A stretch of DNA of 64,000 nt from an uncultured Christensenella sp. (GTDB taxonomy: Bacteria; Bacillota; Clostridia; Christensenellales; CAG-917). The notes beneath the pieces were generated by a model, which saw only the letters and a program-made list of their open reading frames with translations, was not told where the DNA came from and did not search any database. The position numbers and the translations under genes were made by a program. Shown in pieces: positions 16,106 to 26,201 of this stretch (position 1 is the first letter of the stretch; every line of letters starts with the position of its first letter). The DNA lies in NCBI GenBank assembly GCA_910577815.1, contig CAJTNO010000003.1, forward strand, positions 1,586 to 65,585. The letters run 5' to 3'.

Positions 16106-17767
16106 ATGCAGACTATAAATAAAACCTTAGGCGACGTGATTAAAGAGCTTGCCGTAAATATGCCCGACAGAGAGGCGGTTAAGTACAGCACTCTCGATTA
16201 CCGTCGCACCTGGAAGGAATTTGACGAGGAAACCGACAGGGTTGCAAAAGCTTTTATGGCTCTCGGCATAGAAAAGGGCGATAAGGTCGCGATATGGGCG
16301 ACCAATATACCCGAATGGCTGCTAACTCTTTTCGGGTCTGCAAAGTGCGGAGCTATACTTGTTACGGTCAACACGAATTATAAGGTATTCGAGCTGGAAT
16401 ATCTGCTTTCGCAGTCGGATACAAAGCTGCTTGTTATGATGGGCGGCTTTAAGGGCAACGATTATGTCGGCACGGTCCATACTCTAATTCCCGAGCTCGC
16501 CGGCGCAAGCGAGGGAAAGGTAAAAACTAAAAAGCTCCCTTATCTTGACAGAATAGTTTTTGCAGGTGCTAATACTCCCAAGGGTATGCTCGGCTTTGAG
16601 GATATGCTTGCATATGCCGACAGAGTGAGTGACGGGGAATTGAGCGAACGCAAGGCAAGTCTCGATACGCACGACGTAATAAATATGCAGTATACCTCGG
16701 GAACTACGGGCTTTCCAAAGGGCGTAATGCTCACCCACTTTAATATCCTTAACAATGGCAAGACTATAGGCGACGGTATGAAATTTACTCCCGACGACAG
16801 GCTTTGTATTGTCGTTCCGTTTTTCCATTGCTTCGGTCTTGTGCTTGCCACTATGGCGTGTATCACTCACGGTACCACTATGGTTCCCGTAGAGGCTTAC
16901 AGTCCCGTTCCCGTAATGAATGCCATATCTGCCGAAAAATGTACCGCCGTGCACGGCGTTCCCACTATGTTTATCGGAATGCTCGAGCATCCTTCGTTCA
17001 ATCAGTTTGATTTTTCCTCTATGCGTACAGGAATAATGGCAGGCTCTCCCTGTCCTATCGAGGTTATGAAAAAGGTCATCGATAAGATGAATATGAAGGA
17101 TATCGTAATAGTTTTCGGTCAGACGGAGGCTTCGCCGGGCTGTACTATGACTACTACGGACGACAGCGTGGAAAAACGCGTATCCACCGTAGGCAGGGCA
17201 TTCGAGGGCGTCGAATGCCGCATAGTCAATCCCGATACAAACGAGGAAGTCCCCGACGGAACTCCGGGCGAGTTCGTTGCGCGCGGCTACAATATTATGA
17301 AGGGCTATTATAAGATGCCCGAGGCGACCGCGCAGGCTATAGACGAGGATGGCTGGCTGCATTCGGGCGACCTCTGCACGCGCGACAGTGACGGTTATTA
17401 CAAGGTTGTAGGCAGAATTAAGGATATGATTATCCGCGGCGGCGAAAACATTTATCCCAAGGAGCTTGAGGAGTTTTTATACACCTGCGAGAAGATAAGC
17501 GACGTTCAGGTTATAGGCGTTCCGAGCAAGCAGTACGGCGAGGAGGTTATGGCGTGCATTGTGCTTAAGCAAGGCTGCGAAATGACCGAGGACGAGGTGA
17601 AGGAGCTTGTGAGAGGTCAGATGGCAAGACATAAGGTTCCCAAATACGTTAGGTTTATGGACGGCTTTCCCGTTACCGCAAGCGGAAAAATACAAAAGTT
17701 TAAGCTGAGAGAGCAGGCTATAGAGATATTGAAGCTACAGGCTGACGCCGATATCGAAACGGCATAA
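16106..17767 (+). CDS. AMP-dependent acyl-CoA synthetase/ligase
   Basis: 553 aa. Contains YTSGTTGFPKGV (AMP-binding motif), GEFVARGYNIMKGYY, and SGKIQK at the C-terminus. Confidence 0.85.
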   Translation: MQTINKTLGDVIKELAVNMPDREAVKYSTLDYRRTWKEFDEETDRVAKAFMALGIEKGDKVAIWATNIPEWLLTLFGSAKCGAILVTVNTNYKVFELEYLLSQSDTKLLVMMGGFKGNDYVGTVHTLIPELAGASEGKVKTKKLPYLDRIVFAGANTPKGMLGFEDMLAYADRVSDGELSERKASLDTHDVINMQYTSGTTGFPKGVMLTHFNILNNGKTIGDGMKFTPDDRLCIVVPFFHCFGLVLATMACITHGTTMVPVEAYSPVPVMNAISAEKCTAVHGVPTMFIGMLEHPSFNQFDFSSMRTGIMAGSPCPIEVMKKVIDKMNMKDIVIVFGQTEASPGCTMTTTDDSVEKRVSTVGRAFEGVECRIVNPDTNEEVPDGTPGEFVARGYNIMKGYYKMPEATAQAIDEDGWLHSGDLCTRDSDGYYKVVGRIKDMIIRGGENIYPKELEEFLYTCEKISDVQVIGVPSKQYGEEVMACIVLKQGCEMTEDEVKELVRGQMARHKVPKYVRFMDGFPVTASGKIQKFKLREQAIEILKLQADADIETA

Positions 17768-17776
17768 GGAGGAATT

Positions 17777-18568
17777 ATGAAACTGTGCTTTTCAACGATT
17801 GGATGTCCCGATTGGACATTGCGCGATATTGTTGCTACCGCCAAGGATTTGGGCTACGAGGGTATAGAAATCCGTTCGATACGCGGCGAGGTTGACGCAA
17901 CCAAGATGCGCGAGTTCACAATCGATATAGATAAGACGATTCAGCTGCTCGAGCGCACGGGAATTAAAATTGCGATGCTCAGCACTAACTGCGCGCTTGC
18001 AAACCACAATGACGAAACGGCTGTGGAAAGAGCAAAGGCGTATATCGACCTTGCAAGCAGACTGGGCGTTAAATTTATACGCGTTATGTCAACGGACAGA
18101 CCTTATTTCGACGGCGGCGATTTGGCGCTTTGCACTAAGCGTTACAAACAAATTGTTGAATATGCACGCGGTACGGGCGTAACTCCGCTTATGGAAACCA
18201 ACGGTTTGTTTTTAGACAGTAAAGAGCTTGCGGATTTTATTGACGGAATAGGCGACGGCGCGGGCGTGCTTTGGGATACGCATCATCCTTACAGATATCA
18301 CGACGAGCCTATTGCCGAAACCGTTAAAAATCTCGGAAGCAGAATAAAGTACGTTCACCTTAAGGACAGTATGGTTGAAAAGGGCAAGGTTGCGTACAAG
18401 ATGATGGGCTACGGAGATATTCCGCTCGATGAGATAATATCAACGCTGAAGGACGTGGGTTACGACGGCTATTATACATTTGAGTGGGTAAAGCTCTGGA
18501 ACAAGGACCTCGTTGAGGACGGCGGCGTCGTGTTTGCGCATTACGCGAATTATATGCGCAGATTTTAA
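17777..18568 (+). CDS. Sugar phosphate isomerase/epimerase (xylose-isomerase-like TIM barrel)
   Basis: 263 aa. MKLCFSTIGCPDWTL...YEGIEIR...HLKD...FEW pattern typical of the AP-endonuclease-2/TIM-barrel family. Confidence 0.7.
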   Translation: MKLCFSTIGCPDWTLRDIVATAKDLGYEGIEIRSIRGEVDATKMREFTIDIDKTIQLLERTGIKIAMLSTNCALANHNDETAVERAKAYIDLASRLGVKFIRVMSTDRPYFDGGDLALCTKRYKQIVEYARGTGVTPLMETNGLFLDSKELADFIDGIGDGAGVLWDTHHPYRYHDEPIAETVKNLGSRIKYVHLKDSMVEKGKVAYKMMGYGDIPLDEIISTLKDVGYDGYYTFEWVKLWNKDLVEDGGVVFAHYANYMRRF

Positions 18569-18596
18569 AGTATAATTTATAATTCAGATTAAAAAT

Positions 18597-18630
18597 AAAC
18601 GCGGCGGTATATAGATTACCCGCCGCGTTT
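18597..18630. terminator. Bidirectional terminator between convergent genes
   Basis: AAACGCGGCGG / CCGCCGCGTTT, an 11-bp stem with a 12-nt loop. A-tract upstream and T-rich downstream. Confidence 0.7.
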
Positions 18631-18640
18631 ATCTATCGCG

Positions 18641-19129
18641 CTATAAATTTTTAGCAACAAAGTATTTGTCGCTCATTATGCGCTCGTGAATAGGGGAGAT
18701 GTACTTGTCGTTGCCGTATTCCGTTTCAAACCATTCCTCGCTGTAGCCCGCGCGGCTCAAAGCTCTTGAGAACGCAAGCTCGGCGTTTGCAAGCCGCCTG
18801 AAAACGGTACGCAATGCTACGCCGCTTTCATCGGAAATGTTCTGAAAGGTCTTTTTATTTATAATTCTTTCTTCAAGTATAAATTTATCATCGGGGGATA
18901 TTCGGTCGAGCGCGTAGGCGACTATGTATCTGAGATTTACTATTCGGCGTTTTTGGTCGGTCATTTCAAGAATTTCACCAATTAATTGCTCGTTGCTTAC
19001 ACCAATTTTTAAATGACGGCTCTTAAAAGTTGAATTTACCCTCGTTTTTACGCCGAAATTGAGCTCCCGCACTATTTTTGGTAATAGAGAATAAGCAACA
19101 AGCGCAGTGTTGCTCCAGTTTTTATTCAT
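18641..19129 (-). CDS. Small sigma-70 region-4-like HTH protein, function unknown
   Basis: ATG at 19129 (MNKNWSNTAL) is preceded by AGGAGG; the track start at 19198 lacks an RBS. The segment ISPDDKFILEERIINKKTFQNISDESGVALRTVFRRLANA resembles a sigma region-4 HTH. Confidence 0.45.
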   Translation of the reverse strand: MNKNWSNTALVAYSLLPKIVRELNFGVKTRVNSTFKSRHLKIGVSNEQLIGEILEMTDQKRRIVNLRYIVAYALDRISPDDKFILEERIINKKTFQNISDESGVALRTVFRRLANAELAFSRALSRAGYSEEWFETEYGNDKYISPIHERIMSDKYFVAKNL

Positions 19130-19227
19130 TTTAGCCTCCTGAAATTGCAAAATTTCAATTTCGCTTTCAATATAAATAGTTGTAAAGCCAAATGTCAAAG
19201 TATTATGTCAATAATATTCTCGCTTTT

Positions 19228-20307
19228 TCACCAATTTTTTACAATAAATGAAAAACCAAAAGCTAAGACAAAAGCTATCACGCTCTGAAATAATTTTCTC
19301 AAAGCTATTTCAGAAAATTTCATTTTACATTTGGACAAAAAGGTATAGTTTTGTAGCATAATAGATAATCCGCCGAAGGATACTATGCCTGCGCATAGCG
19401 CCACACCTATATTGGGTGAAAGACATTCGGAGCAGGCTATGCTGCCTCTTGTCATTTCTATCAGACCTTGGATAAGCGCTACTATGGGCTGTCCCGCGCG
19501 CTCGCCAAGCGCGGTAATTATCAAAGCGTCGAGATTAAACAGCGACAGCGTGTCCACAAGCATTCCGCACAGTACCACATATCCGCCGATGTAAAGCATA
19601 CTGAGTGTGGAATTGGCTATAGTGCGCGACATTATACTGTCGGTGTCCTGCCGTGACATTATTACGACGTCATCGGTGACACATTTCGATTGCGCTGTTA
19701 CGTTTGCGCCGTCCTTGGCGGCAGTTTGTTTTTTTCGCAATATACGGTTGGGTTTATTGCGCACTCTGAATATCAGTCCGTTGATAAGTGCGGCTAAATA
19801 GTGCGCGCAAAGCACTATTATGCCTACTCTTGCGTCGTTGAATATTGCCGAGCCGACCGTTCCGAGCATAAATATAGGTCCTGACGTAGAAGCAAACGCG
19901 GCAATTGCCTTTGCCTCCTTGCTCGTTATCGCGCCCGCCGAATATAGTTCGGCAGTCATACTCGCGCCTACGGGATATCCCGACAGCATACTTAGCAGCA
20001 GAACGTACGCGCTCTCCTTCGGAGCGTTGTACAGTAGCTTTACCGGCTTTTGAAATATTGCCGATACTGCCTTCGCCGAGCCGATGTAGGTCAGCAGAAG
20101 GGAGAAAAAGTAAAACGGAAACAACGAAGGCAGTACGCTCGTTGCGTAAAGCGACAAACCCCGACGCGCGGAATCCAGATAAAAATCCGGTTTTACAAGC
20201 ATCATAATCATAAATGCGGCAACGGCTAAGCAAGCGATAATTTTACCGTACGGAAGCTCTTTCAGTTTCCCGATACCGTTGTTTGGAATGCGTAAACCGG
20301 TTTTCAT
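19228..20307 (-). CDS. ylbJ: Sporulation integral membrane protein YlbJ-like (nucleoside-recognition/Gate domain)
   Basis: 359-aa polytopic ORF. The N-terminal ARRGLSLYATSVLPSLFPFYF and SGYPVGA motifs match YlbJ family members as I remember them. It neighbours the ylbM homologue, as in Bacillus. Confidence 0.65.
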   Translation of the reverse strand: MKTGLRIPNNGIGKLKELPYGKIIACLAVAAFMIMMLVKPDFYLDSARRGLSLYATSVLPSLFPFYFFSLLLTYIGSAKAVSAIFQKPVKLLYNAPKESAYVLLLSMLSGYPVGASMTAELYSAGAITSKEAKAIAAFASTSGPIFMLGTVGSAIFNDARVGIIVLCAHYLAALINGLIFRVRNKPNRILRKKQTAAKDGANVTAQSKCVTDDVVIMSRQDTDSIMSRTIANSTLSMLYIGGYVVLCGMLVDTLSLFNLDALIITALGERAGQPIVALIQGLIEMTRGSIACSECLSPNIGVALCAGIVSFGGLSIMLQNYTFLSKCKMKFSEIALRKLFQSVIAFVLAFGFSFIVKNW

Positions 20308-20394
20308 AATAGAAAATATGTAAAGGAATTTAATATTATGAGTAACGTGATTGTGAGATTTTTATCTTTTAAGTTTTATATTCATATAAAATAT

Positions 20395-21489
20395 TCAAAG
20401 GCACAGCTTTTGAATTTTATTTGCTTTTTCGTCTAAGTCCACAAGCGGACGCACGGGGCAGTCTGTTCCGCAATCGGAGTGCTTATAGAAGAAATAACCG
20501 TCCGCCTCTGCAAGCAAGGGCAAAATAAACTTTTTTTTTGAAGGCTTGACGGCAAGCAGAGTACAGTAAGGCTTTTCGGTTGCCGCAAGCTCGGCAAGGC
20601 GCTTATCGAGTCCTAACGTCACGCAAGCGGCAATTCTTTTGATAGTAGAGCGGGTATAGCGTTTGCTTGTAAGCTCCAAAAATCCGCGCATATCGTTGAA
20701 ATCCGCTTGACTTATTCTGTTTTCCAAGCCTTCGCCCACATTGTATATGTCGGCAAGCTGAGCGGCTGTCATCGCTTTCATTGCGTACGTCGCTATCGTT
20801 CCGTATTTGTCGGTAGAAACAGGTCTGTCTATGGTAACGTATTGCGGAACGTAGGGCGTTATATCGTTGCCTCCGCGCATAAGCTCTCTTATTTTAGTGG
20901 AGGATAAATACTTTTTCCCGTCATCGGGCTTTCTTTCTACCGAATGCAGGTGTACGTTTCCTCCGTATTTGTGAGAAGCTTTTATATATTCGACCGCAAG
21001 TATATTGTTGGGAGAGGTAAGCATATTGGCTATGTCGGGACGTATGCTGCCAAGCGCCATAGTGCGCGACTTGGCGACGGAATAGCCTTGTCCGAGATAT
21101 CCCTTAAGCAGTCCGGACATATCCTTGGTTTCGCTTTGCATAAATTCCGCAGCCATACTCAGATTGTGCAGCTCGTCCGCCTCGGTGCCGAAGGAAAGCG
21201 TGTATTCTCCAAGCATACTCAGCGTTTTGAGCGCGCCCTCCGCAAAGCGTTGCGCGTGGGAAAGGCTGTAAATTGTGGGGAGCTCCAAAACCAAATCCGC
21301 TCCCGCCTGCATAGCCCACTGTGCGCGGGTGCTTCTGTCGCATACGCAGATATCGCCGTGCTGTGTGAACGAGCCGCTCATAACCACCGCAAAAATATCC
21401 GCTTCCGTTTCTCGCTTTGCAAGCCGGAGCTGCTTGAGATGTCCGTTATGAAAGGGATTGTATTCAGCTATAACTGCCGTAATTTTCAA
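20395..21489 (-). CDS. tmcAL: tRNA(Met) cytidine acetate ligase (YlbM/TmcAL nucleotidyltransferase)
   Basis: 364 aa. MKITAVIAEYNPFHNGHLKQL (HxGH nucleotidyltransferase motif) is typical of the UPF0348/TmcAL family. Confidence 0.8.
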   Translation of the reverse strand: MKITAVIAEYNPFHNGHLKQLRLAKRETEADIFAVVMSGSFTQHGDICVCDRSTRAQWAMQAGADLVLELPTIYSLSHAQRFAEGALKTLSMLGEYTLSFGTEADELHNLSMAAEFMQSETKDMSGLLKGYLGQGYSVAKSRTMALGSIRPDIANMLTSPNNILAVEYIKASHKYGGNVHLHSVERKPDDGKKYLSSTKIRELMRGGNDITPYVPQYVTIDRPVSTDKYGTIATYAMKAMTAAQLADIYNVGEGLENRISQADFNDMRGFLELTSKRYTRSTIKRIAACVTLGLDKRLAELAATEKPYCTLLAVKPSKKKFILPLLAEADGYFFYKHSDCGTDCPVRPLVDLDEKANKIQKLCL

Positions 21490-21597
21490 AATGCGCCCTC
21501 ATTTTGTTGATTTTTATATTTAAAGTAATTATAATTATATACATATTTTTATTAAATGCAAACGCTTTTGCGCGCTTGCTGTCATATGGAGATAGAT

Positions 21598-22599
21598 ATG
21601 ATACAATTTGTGGAAGATTTGATGGAAAGAGCAAAAAAACTCGGCAAGACCATCGCGCTTGCGGAGGGCTTTGACATCCGTGCGGTAAAGGCAGCCGAAA
21701 TGCTTACTCAAAAAGGAGTTTGCAAGGTTGTGCTTATCGGAAACGAGCAGGAGATAAAGTCGCAGTTTCCCGAAGTTAATTTAGACGGAGTAAGATTCGA
21801 CGACCCCAGGACGTCTGACAACAGAGAACAATATGCCGATACTCTTTACGAGCTTCGCAAGGCTAAGGGAATGACACGCGAGCAGGCTCTCAACGTCGTT
21901 ACCGATAACAATATGTTTTACGCGTGCGTAGCTCTTAAGCGCGGCGACGTGGACGGCGTAGTCGGCGGAGCGGTGTTCAGCTCGGCAGACGTTTCGCGCG
22001 CGGCGTTCCAGGTAATCAAGGCGGCTCCCGGAATAAGCTCGGTGTCAAGCTGCTTCGTTATGGTTCCTCCGGAGGATTTCAAATACAAAAAGTATCCCGC
22101 ATACATATTCTCGGATTGCGCGGTTATCCCGTATCCGACCGATTCTCAGCTTAAGGACATCGTAGTTGCCGCCGCGGACAGCGCAAAGAAGATTTGTCAC
22201 GTAGAGCCTAAGGTAGCTATGCTTTCATTCTCCACAAAGGGAAGCGCAAAGCACGAGTCTATCGATAAGGTTCAGTCCGCATACAATATGGTTAAAGCGG
22301 AGTATCCGGATTTGACCGTAGACGGAGAATTGCAGCTTGACGCGTCCATAGTGGACAGCGTAGCAAAGCAAAAGGCTGGCGACAGTCCCGTGGCAGGACA
22401 GGCAAATGTGCTTGTGTTCCCCAATCTTGATGCGGGCAACATCGGCTATAAGCTTGCTCAGAGGTTTGGAAACTGTATGGCTATCGGTCCTATTATGCAG
22501 GGGCTTGCGCTTCCCGTAAACGACCTCAGCCGCGGATGCGTGGCGGAGGACATCGCCGCGGTTGCGGCAATCACGGCATTGCAGTCCGTTAAAGAATAA
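21598..22599 (+). CDS. pta: Phosphate acetyltransferase
   Basis: ATG at 21598 (MIQFVEDLMERAKK) has GGAGA upstream. Pta-type motifs are present (IALAEG, GAVFSSADV, SDCAV). The track start at 21556 is probably too early. Confidence 0.9.
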   Translation: MIQFVEDLMERAKKLGKTIALAEGFDIRAVKAAEMLTQKGVCKVVLIGNEQEIKSQFPEVNLDGVRFDDPRTSDNREQYADTLYELRKAKGMTREQALNVVTDNNMFYACVALKRGDVDGVVGGAVFSSADVSRAAFQVIKAAPGISSVSSCFVMVPPEDFKYKKYPAYIFSDCAVIPYPTDSQLKDIVVAAADSAKKICHVEPKVAMLSFSTKGSAKHESIDKVQSAYNMVKAEYPDLTVDGELQLDASIVDSVAKQKAGDSPVAGQANVLVFPNLDAGNIGYKLAQRFGNCMAIGPIMQGLALPVNDLSRGCVAEDIAAVAAITALQSVKE

Positions 22600-22619
22600 A
22601 TAAATTTAAGGGTGTAAAT

Positions 22620-23816
22620 ATGAAAATTCTTGTAATCAATGCAGGCAGCTCCTCGCTTAAGTATCAGCTTATAGATATGCAGACAGAAGCGGCGCTATTG
22701 AAAGGCGTCTGCGAGCGCATAGGACTTGAGGGCGGTACGCTTACTCAAAAGAACTCCGATAAAAAGGAGCTTAAAATAGAGCAGGATATGAAAAACCATA
22801 CCGAGGCTATCGAGCTTGTTCTTAAGGCTATGGTAGATAAGGAGTACGGCGCGATATCGTCTATAAATGAAATTTCCGCGGTAGGTCACCGCGTCCTGCA
22901 CAGCGGCGAGGACTTCCATTCCTCCGTGCTTATCGATGATGAGGTTGTGCGTATCTGCGAAAAGAATGCAGAGCTCGGACCTCTCCATATGCCGGGCAAC
23001 ATTGCTTGTATAAAGAGCTGCGCTCAGGTTATGCCCGGTGTGCCTATGGTGGCGGTTTTCGATACTACGTTCCATAGCACAATGCCCGCAAAGGCGTTTA
23101 TGTACGGAATACCTTACTCGGTTTACAGCGAGCATAAGGTGAGAAAGTACGGCTTCCACGGCACGTCTCACAAGTTCGTGAGCGAGGAAACCGTTAAACT
23201 GCTTGCCAGGGAAAACAGTAAAATCATTGTGTGCCATCTCGGCAACGGTTCATCCATATCTGCGGTTAAAGACGGTAAATGTATGGATACGTCTATGGGC
23301 TTTACTCCGCTCGAGGGCTTGGTTATGGGCACGCGCAGCGGTGATATAGACCCTGCCGCGGTGGAATTTATGCGTAAGAAGCTTGGACTTTCCGCTGAAG
23401 AAATGGTTGACTATCTCAATAAAAAATGCGGAATGAAGGGCGTAAGCGAATATGACTCCGATATGCGCTATCTCGAGGCGGCTATAAATGAGGGCGACGA
23501 AAAGGCTAAGCTTGCCGTGGATGTGGCGGCATACCGCATAAAGAAATATATAGGCTCCTATGCGGCGGTACTCAACGGCGTAGACGCGATAGTGTTTACG
23601 GGAGGCATAGGCGAGCATAGCGGCTATATGCGTAAACTGGTTATGAGCGATATGGAATATCTCGGCGTAGATTTCGACTTTGAGAAAAACGATACGAGAC
23701 TCGCGGACGGCGTACAGGAGCTTTCTAAGCCGTCAAGCAAGGTTAAGGTGTTGGTATTGCCTACCAACGAGGAGCTTTCCATAGCGCGTGAAACCAAGGC
23801 GATAGCTCTTAACTAA
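22620..23816 (+). CDS. ackA: Acetate kinase
   Basis: 398 aa. MKILVINAGSSSLKYQL, GHRVLHSGE, FHGTSH and TNEEL motifs. Confidence 0.95.
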   Translation: MKILVINAGSSSLKYQLIDMQTEAALLKGVCERIGLEGGTLTQKNSDKKELKIEQDMKNHTEAIELVLKAMVDKEYGAISSINEISAVGHRVLHSGEDFHSSVLIDDEVVRICEKNAELGPLHMPGNIACIKSCAQVMPGVPMVAVFDTTFHSTMPAKAFMYGIPYSVYSEHKVRKYGFHGTSHKFVSEETVKLLARENSKIIVCHLGNGSSISAVKDGKCMDTSMGFTPLEGLVMGTRSGDIDPAAVEFMRKKLGLSAEEMVDYLNKKCGMKGVSEYDSDMRYLEAAINEGDEKAKLAVDVAAYRIKKYIGSYAAVLNGVDAIVFTGGIGEHSGYMRKLVMSDMEYLGVDFDFEKNDTRLADGVQELSKPSSKVKVLVLPTNEELSIARETKAIALN

Positions 23817-23833
23817 AGCTTTAATCAATAAAA

Positions 23834-23878
23834 TTTGCGGATTAAGTTAAAATATCTGACAAAAATCCGCAACTTTTA
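23834..23878 (+). terminator. Possible terminator after ackA (large-loop hairpin)
   Basis: TTGCGGATT / AATCCGCAA, a 9-bp stem with a 20-nt loop, followed by CTTTT. Confidence 0.35.
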
Positions 23879-23886
23879 AAAAGCGT

Positions 23887-23915
23887 TTGACAATAGTTTA
23901 TTTATTATATATACT
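23887..23915 (+). promoter_or_regulatory. Promoter of rpmF
   Basis: TTGACA (23887-23892), 17-nt spacer, TATACT (23910-23915). Confidence 0.6.
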
Positions 23916-23964
23916 AAATAGGCTGTTAGAGCGTAAGTCGTAAATATGTCGGAGGAATGAATAT

Positions 23965-24150
23965 ATGGCAGTACCTAAAAATAAAATTTCCAAATCAAAA
24001 ACAAATTCCCGTTTTGCTAACTGGAAGCTTCAGTCACCCGGACTTGTAGAGTGTCCGCAGTGCCACGAACTCAAAAAGAGCCATCAGGCTTGCCCCAAGT
24101 GCGGTTATTACAAGGGCGAGCAGATAATCAGACAAAAATCTGAAAACTAA
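23965..24150 (+). CDS. rpmF: 50S ribosomal protein L32
   Basis: 61 aa. MAVPKNKISKSKTNSR with a CPQC...CPKC zinc ribbon. Confidence 0.95.
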   Translation: MAVPKNKISKSKTNSRFANWKLQSPGLVECPQCHELKKSHQACPKCGYYKGEQIIRQKSEN

Positions 24151-24159
24151 TTAAAAATA

Positions 24160-24186
24160 AAAAGAGTGTTTTTGACACTCTTTTTT
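24160..24186 (+). terminator. Intrinsic terminator or attenuator between rpmF and plsX
   Basis: AAAAGAGTGT-TTTTG-ACACTCTTTT followed by further T residues. Confidence 0.7.
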
Positions 24187-24204
24187 ATTATTGCGGAGGT
24201 GTTT

Positions 24205-25227
24205 ATGAAAATTATTCTTGACGCAATGGGCGGAGATTACGCTCCGAAGGAAACGGTGCTCGGAGCGATTGACGCTTTAAAGCTTGATAAAGATATAAAA
24301 TTGGTATTAGTGGGCAAGAGTGAGGCTATAAACAAGCAGCTTGCCGAATGCGAATATGATAAATCGAGAATTGAGATTATAGACGCGCAGGACGAGATTT
24401 CAAACGACGAAAGTCCGACAATGGCTATAAAGACAAAAAAGGAAAGCTCGCTTGTCAAAGCATTTGAAAAATTATCCTCCGACGAAGAATGCGAGGCTTT
24501 CGTGTCCGCAGGTTCTACGGGCGCGGTGCTTGTCGGCGCGTTTATGAAGGTGGGTAGAATAAAGGGCGTATCGCGTCCTGCGCTTGCGCCTGTGCTTCCT
24601 ACTCTTGACGGTAAGGGCGTAGTGCTTTGCGATTGCGGAGCCAACGTAGATTCAAAACCGATAAATCTGCTGCATTTTGCAATAATGGCTTCGTCGTATG
24701 CGCAAGCAATGCTCGGCGTGGAAAATCCGCGCGTAGGATTGTTGAATAACGGCGTTGAAGCGCACAAGGGTAACGAGCTTAGTAAAGAAGCGTATGCCCT
24801 GCTTAGCGAAAACAAGGATATAAATTTTGTCGGCAACTGCGAGGCGCGCGATATGCTCAGCGGCGATTTCGAGGTGGTAGTCGCGGACGGCTTTGACGGC
24901 AATATCGCGCTCAAGACCGCCGAGGGTACTGCAAAGCTAATGCTCAAGCTCATAAAACGCGGAGTTTATTCAAGCGGTCTTAAGGCTAAGCTCGGCGCGC
25001 TTATGCTGAAACCTGTGTTTAAAGACGTTCAAAAGGCTCTCGATTATAATGCGCAGGGCGGGGCTTGCTTCCTCGGTGTAAAAAAGGTGGTAGTAAAGGC
25101 GCACGGCGCATCCGAGAGAGGGGCGATAAGCGCAAGCATACTTCAGGCAAAGGGACTTGCTAAAAACAAGGTTTGCGAAAAAATCAAAGCCGGCATCGAT
25201 GCCTCCGCTATAAATGCCGAAGATTGA
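24205..25227 (+). CDS. plsX: Phosphate acyltransferase PlsX
   Basis: ATG at 24205 (MKIILDAMGGDYAPKE) with GGAGG upstream. The track start at 24166 lies inside the terminator hairpin. Confidence 0.9.
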   Translation: MKIILDAMGGDYAPKETVLGAIDALKLDKDIKLVLVGKSEAINKQLAECEYDKSRIEIIDAQDEISNDESPTMAIKTKKESSLVKAFEKLSSDEECEAFVSAGSTGAVLVGAFMKVGRIKGVSRPALAPVLPTLDGKGVVLCDCGANVDSKPINLLHFAIMASSYAQAMLGVENPRVGLLNNGVEAHKGNELSKEAYALLSENKDINFVGNCEARDMLSGDFEVVVADGFDGNIALKTAEGTAKLMLKLIKRGVYSSGLKAKLGALMLKPVFKDVQKALDYNAQGGACFLGVKKVVVKAHGASERGAISASILQAKGLAKNKVCEKIKAGIDASAINAED

Positions 25228-25290
25228 TTGCCGATATATAAAGTAAATATTTTGTGTCGGTAATAGATAATTTTTACACATAATACGGAT

Positions 25291-25977
25291 ATGAATAACA
25301 GTGACATCAATGTTGTCGAAGGAAAAATAGGATACACATTTAAGAATAAACGTGTTTTGACGCGCGCTTTTACGCATAGCTCGGCAAGCAAAATTGCAAC
25401 CGAGAATTACGAGTCCCTTGAATTTTTGGGCGATAGCATTCTTGATTTCATTGTTGCAAAACGACTTATGATAGAAAATCCCGACGCGCACGAAGGCGCG
25501 TTGACTCAACGCCGCGCCGAAATAGTGTCTCAGGAGCCTCTTGAAAAAGCGGTGGAGAAGCTGGGCGTTGCTAAATATCTTACGGTAGGAAAGGGCGAAA
25601 AGCTTGAAAGCATTATAAATCATACAAAGGTCAAATCCAATTTGTTCGAGTCTATTGTAGGCGCTATTTATCTTGATTCGGGCAGTATCGATTTTGCGGA
25701 GAAATTTATATTGGAAGCTCTTAAATCGCACTTTGACGGAAGTATAAAGCACGTTGAGGATTTCGATTATAAAAGCGAGCTTAACGAGTTTGCAACAAGG
25801 CATAAGATTGAGGTCAGGTATAAGGTGGTTGAGGTCAGCGGTGCGCCGCACGAGCCTACGTTTGTTGTTGACGTGTTGATAGACGGCGTAAGCTCGGGCA
25901 GAGGCAAGGGTAAAAATAAAAAGGGTGCGGAGCAGAGCGCGGCACAAATTGCGCTGAAACATATAAATTTGTCCTAA
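25291..25977 (+). CDS. rnc: Ribonuclease III
   Basis: 228 aa. RNase III signature NYESLEFLGDSILDF and a C-terminal dsRBD (GKGKNKKGAEQSAAQIAL). Confidence 0.95.
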   Translation: MNNSDINVVEGKIGYTFKNKRVLTRAFTHSSASKIATENYESLEFLGDSILDFIVAKRLMIENPDAHEGALTQRRAEIVSQEPLEKAVEKLGVAKYLTVGKGEKLESIINHTKVKSNLFESIVGAIYLDSGSIDFAEKFILEALKSHFDGSIKHVEDFDYKSELNEFATRHKIEVRYKVVEVSGAPHEPTFVVDVLIDGVSSGRGKGKNKKGAEQSAAQIALKHINLS

Positions 25978-26201
25978 ACGTATAGTTTTGCAAATAATAG
26001 TATTCTAAAAATCAAGGTATTTTGTAAATCATTACGCTGTTTTAATTAAAATTTTATTTATTGCGTTGTGCTTATAATAATCGTTGCAACGCAATAATTT
26101 TATTGTACGGATAAGATTTGAGCTTATAAGTCTTGATTAAAAATGTTTTTTGTGTTAATATAAATTGGTTTATTTAATAAAAATAACGGAAGGTAAAATT
26201 T

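Noticed and set aside
24970-25962. 330-aa minus-strand ORF covering rnc and the plsX 3' end. Similar long antisense ORFs occur at 579..1487, 4554..5396, 6286..7062, 16484..17362 and 43345..43968.
   Set aside because: Each is antisense to a gene with strong family motifs. Each lacks an RBS or recognisable domains and has the skewed composition of non-coding frames.
26059-26100. Inverted repeat TTATTGCGTTG ... CAACGCAATAA between rnc and smc, considered as a regulatory operator.
   Set aside because: It is followed by a T-rich run and sits about 80 nt after the rnc stop. It is most simply the rnc terminator, with a large and partly self-complementary loop. The evidence was too weak to list as a feature.
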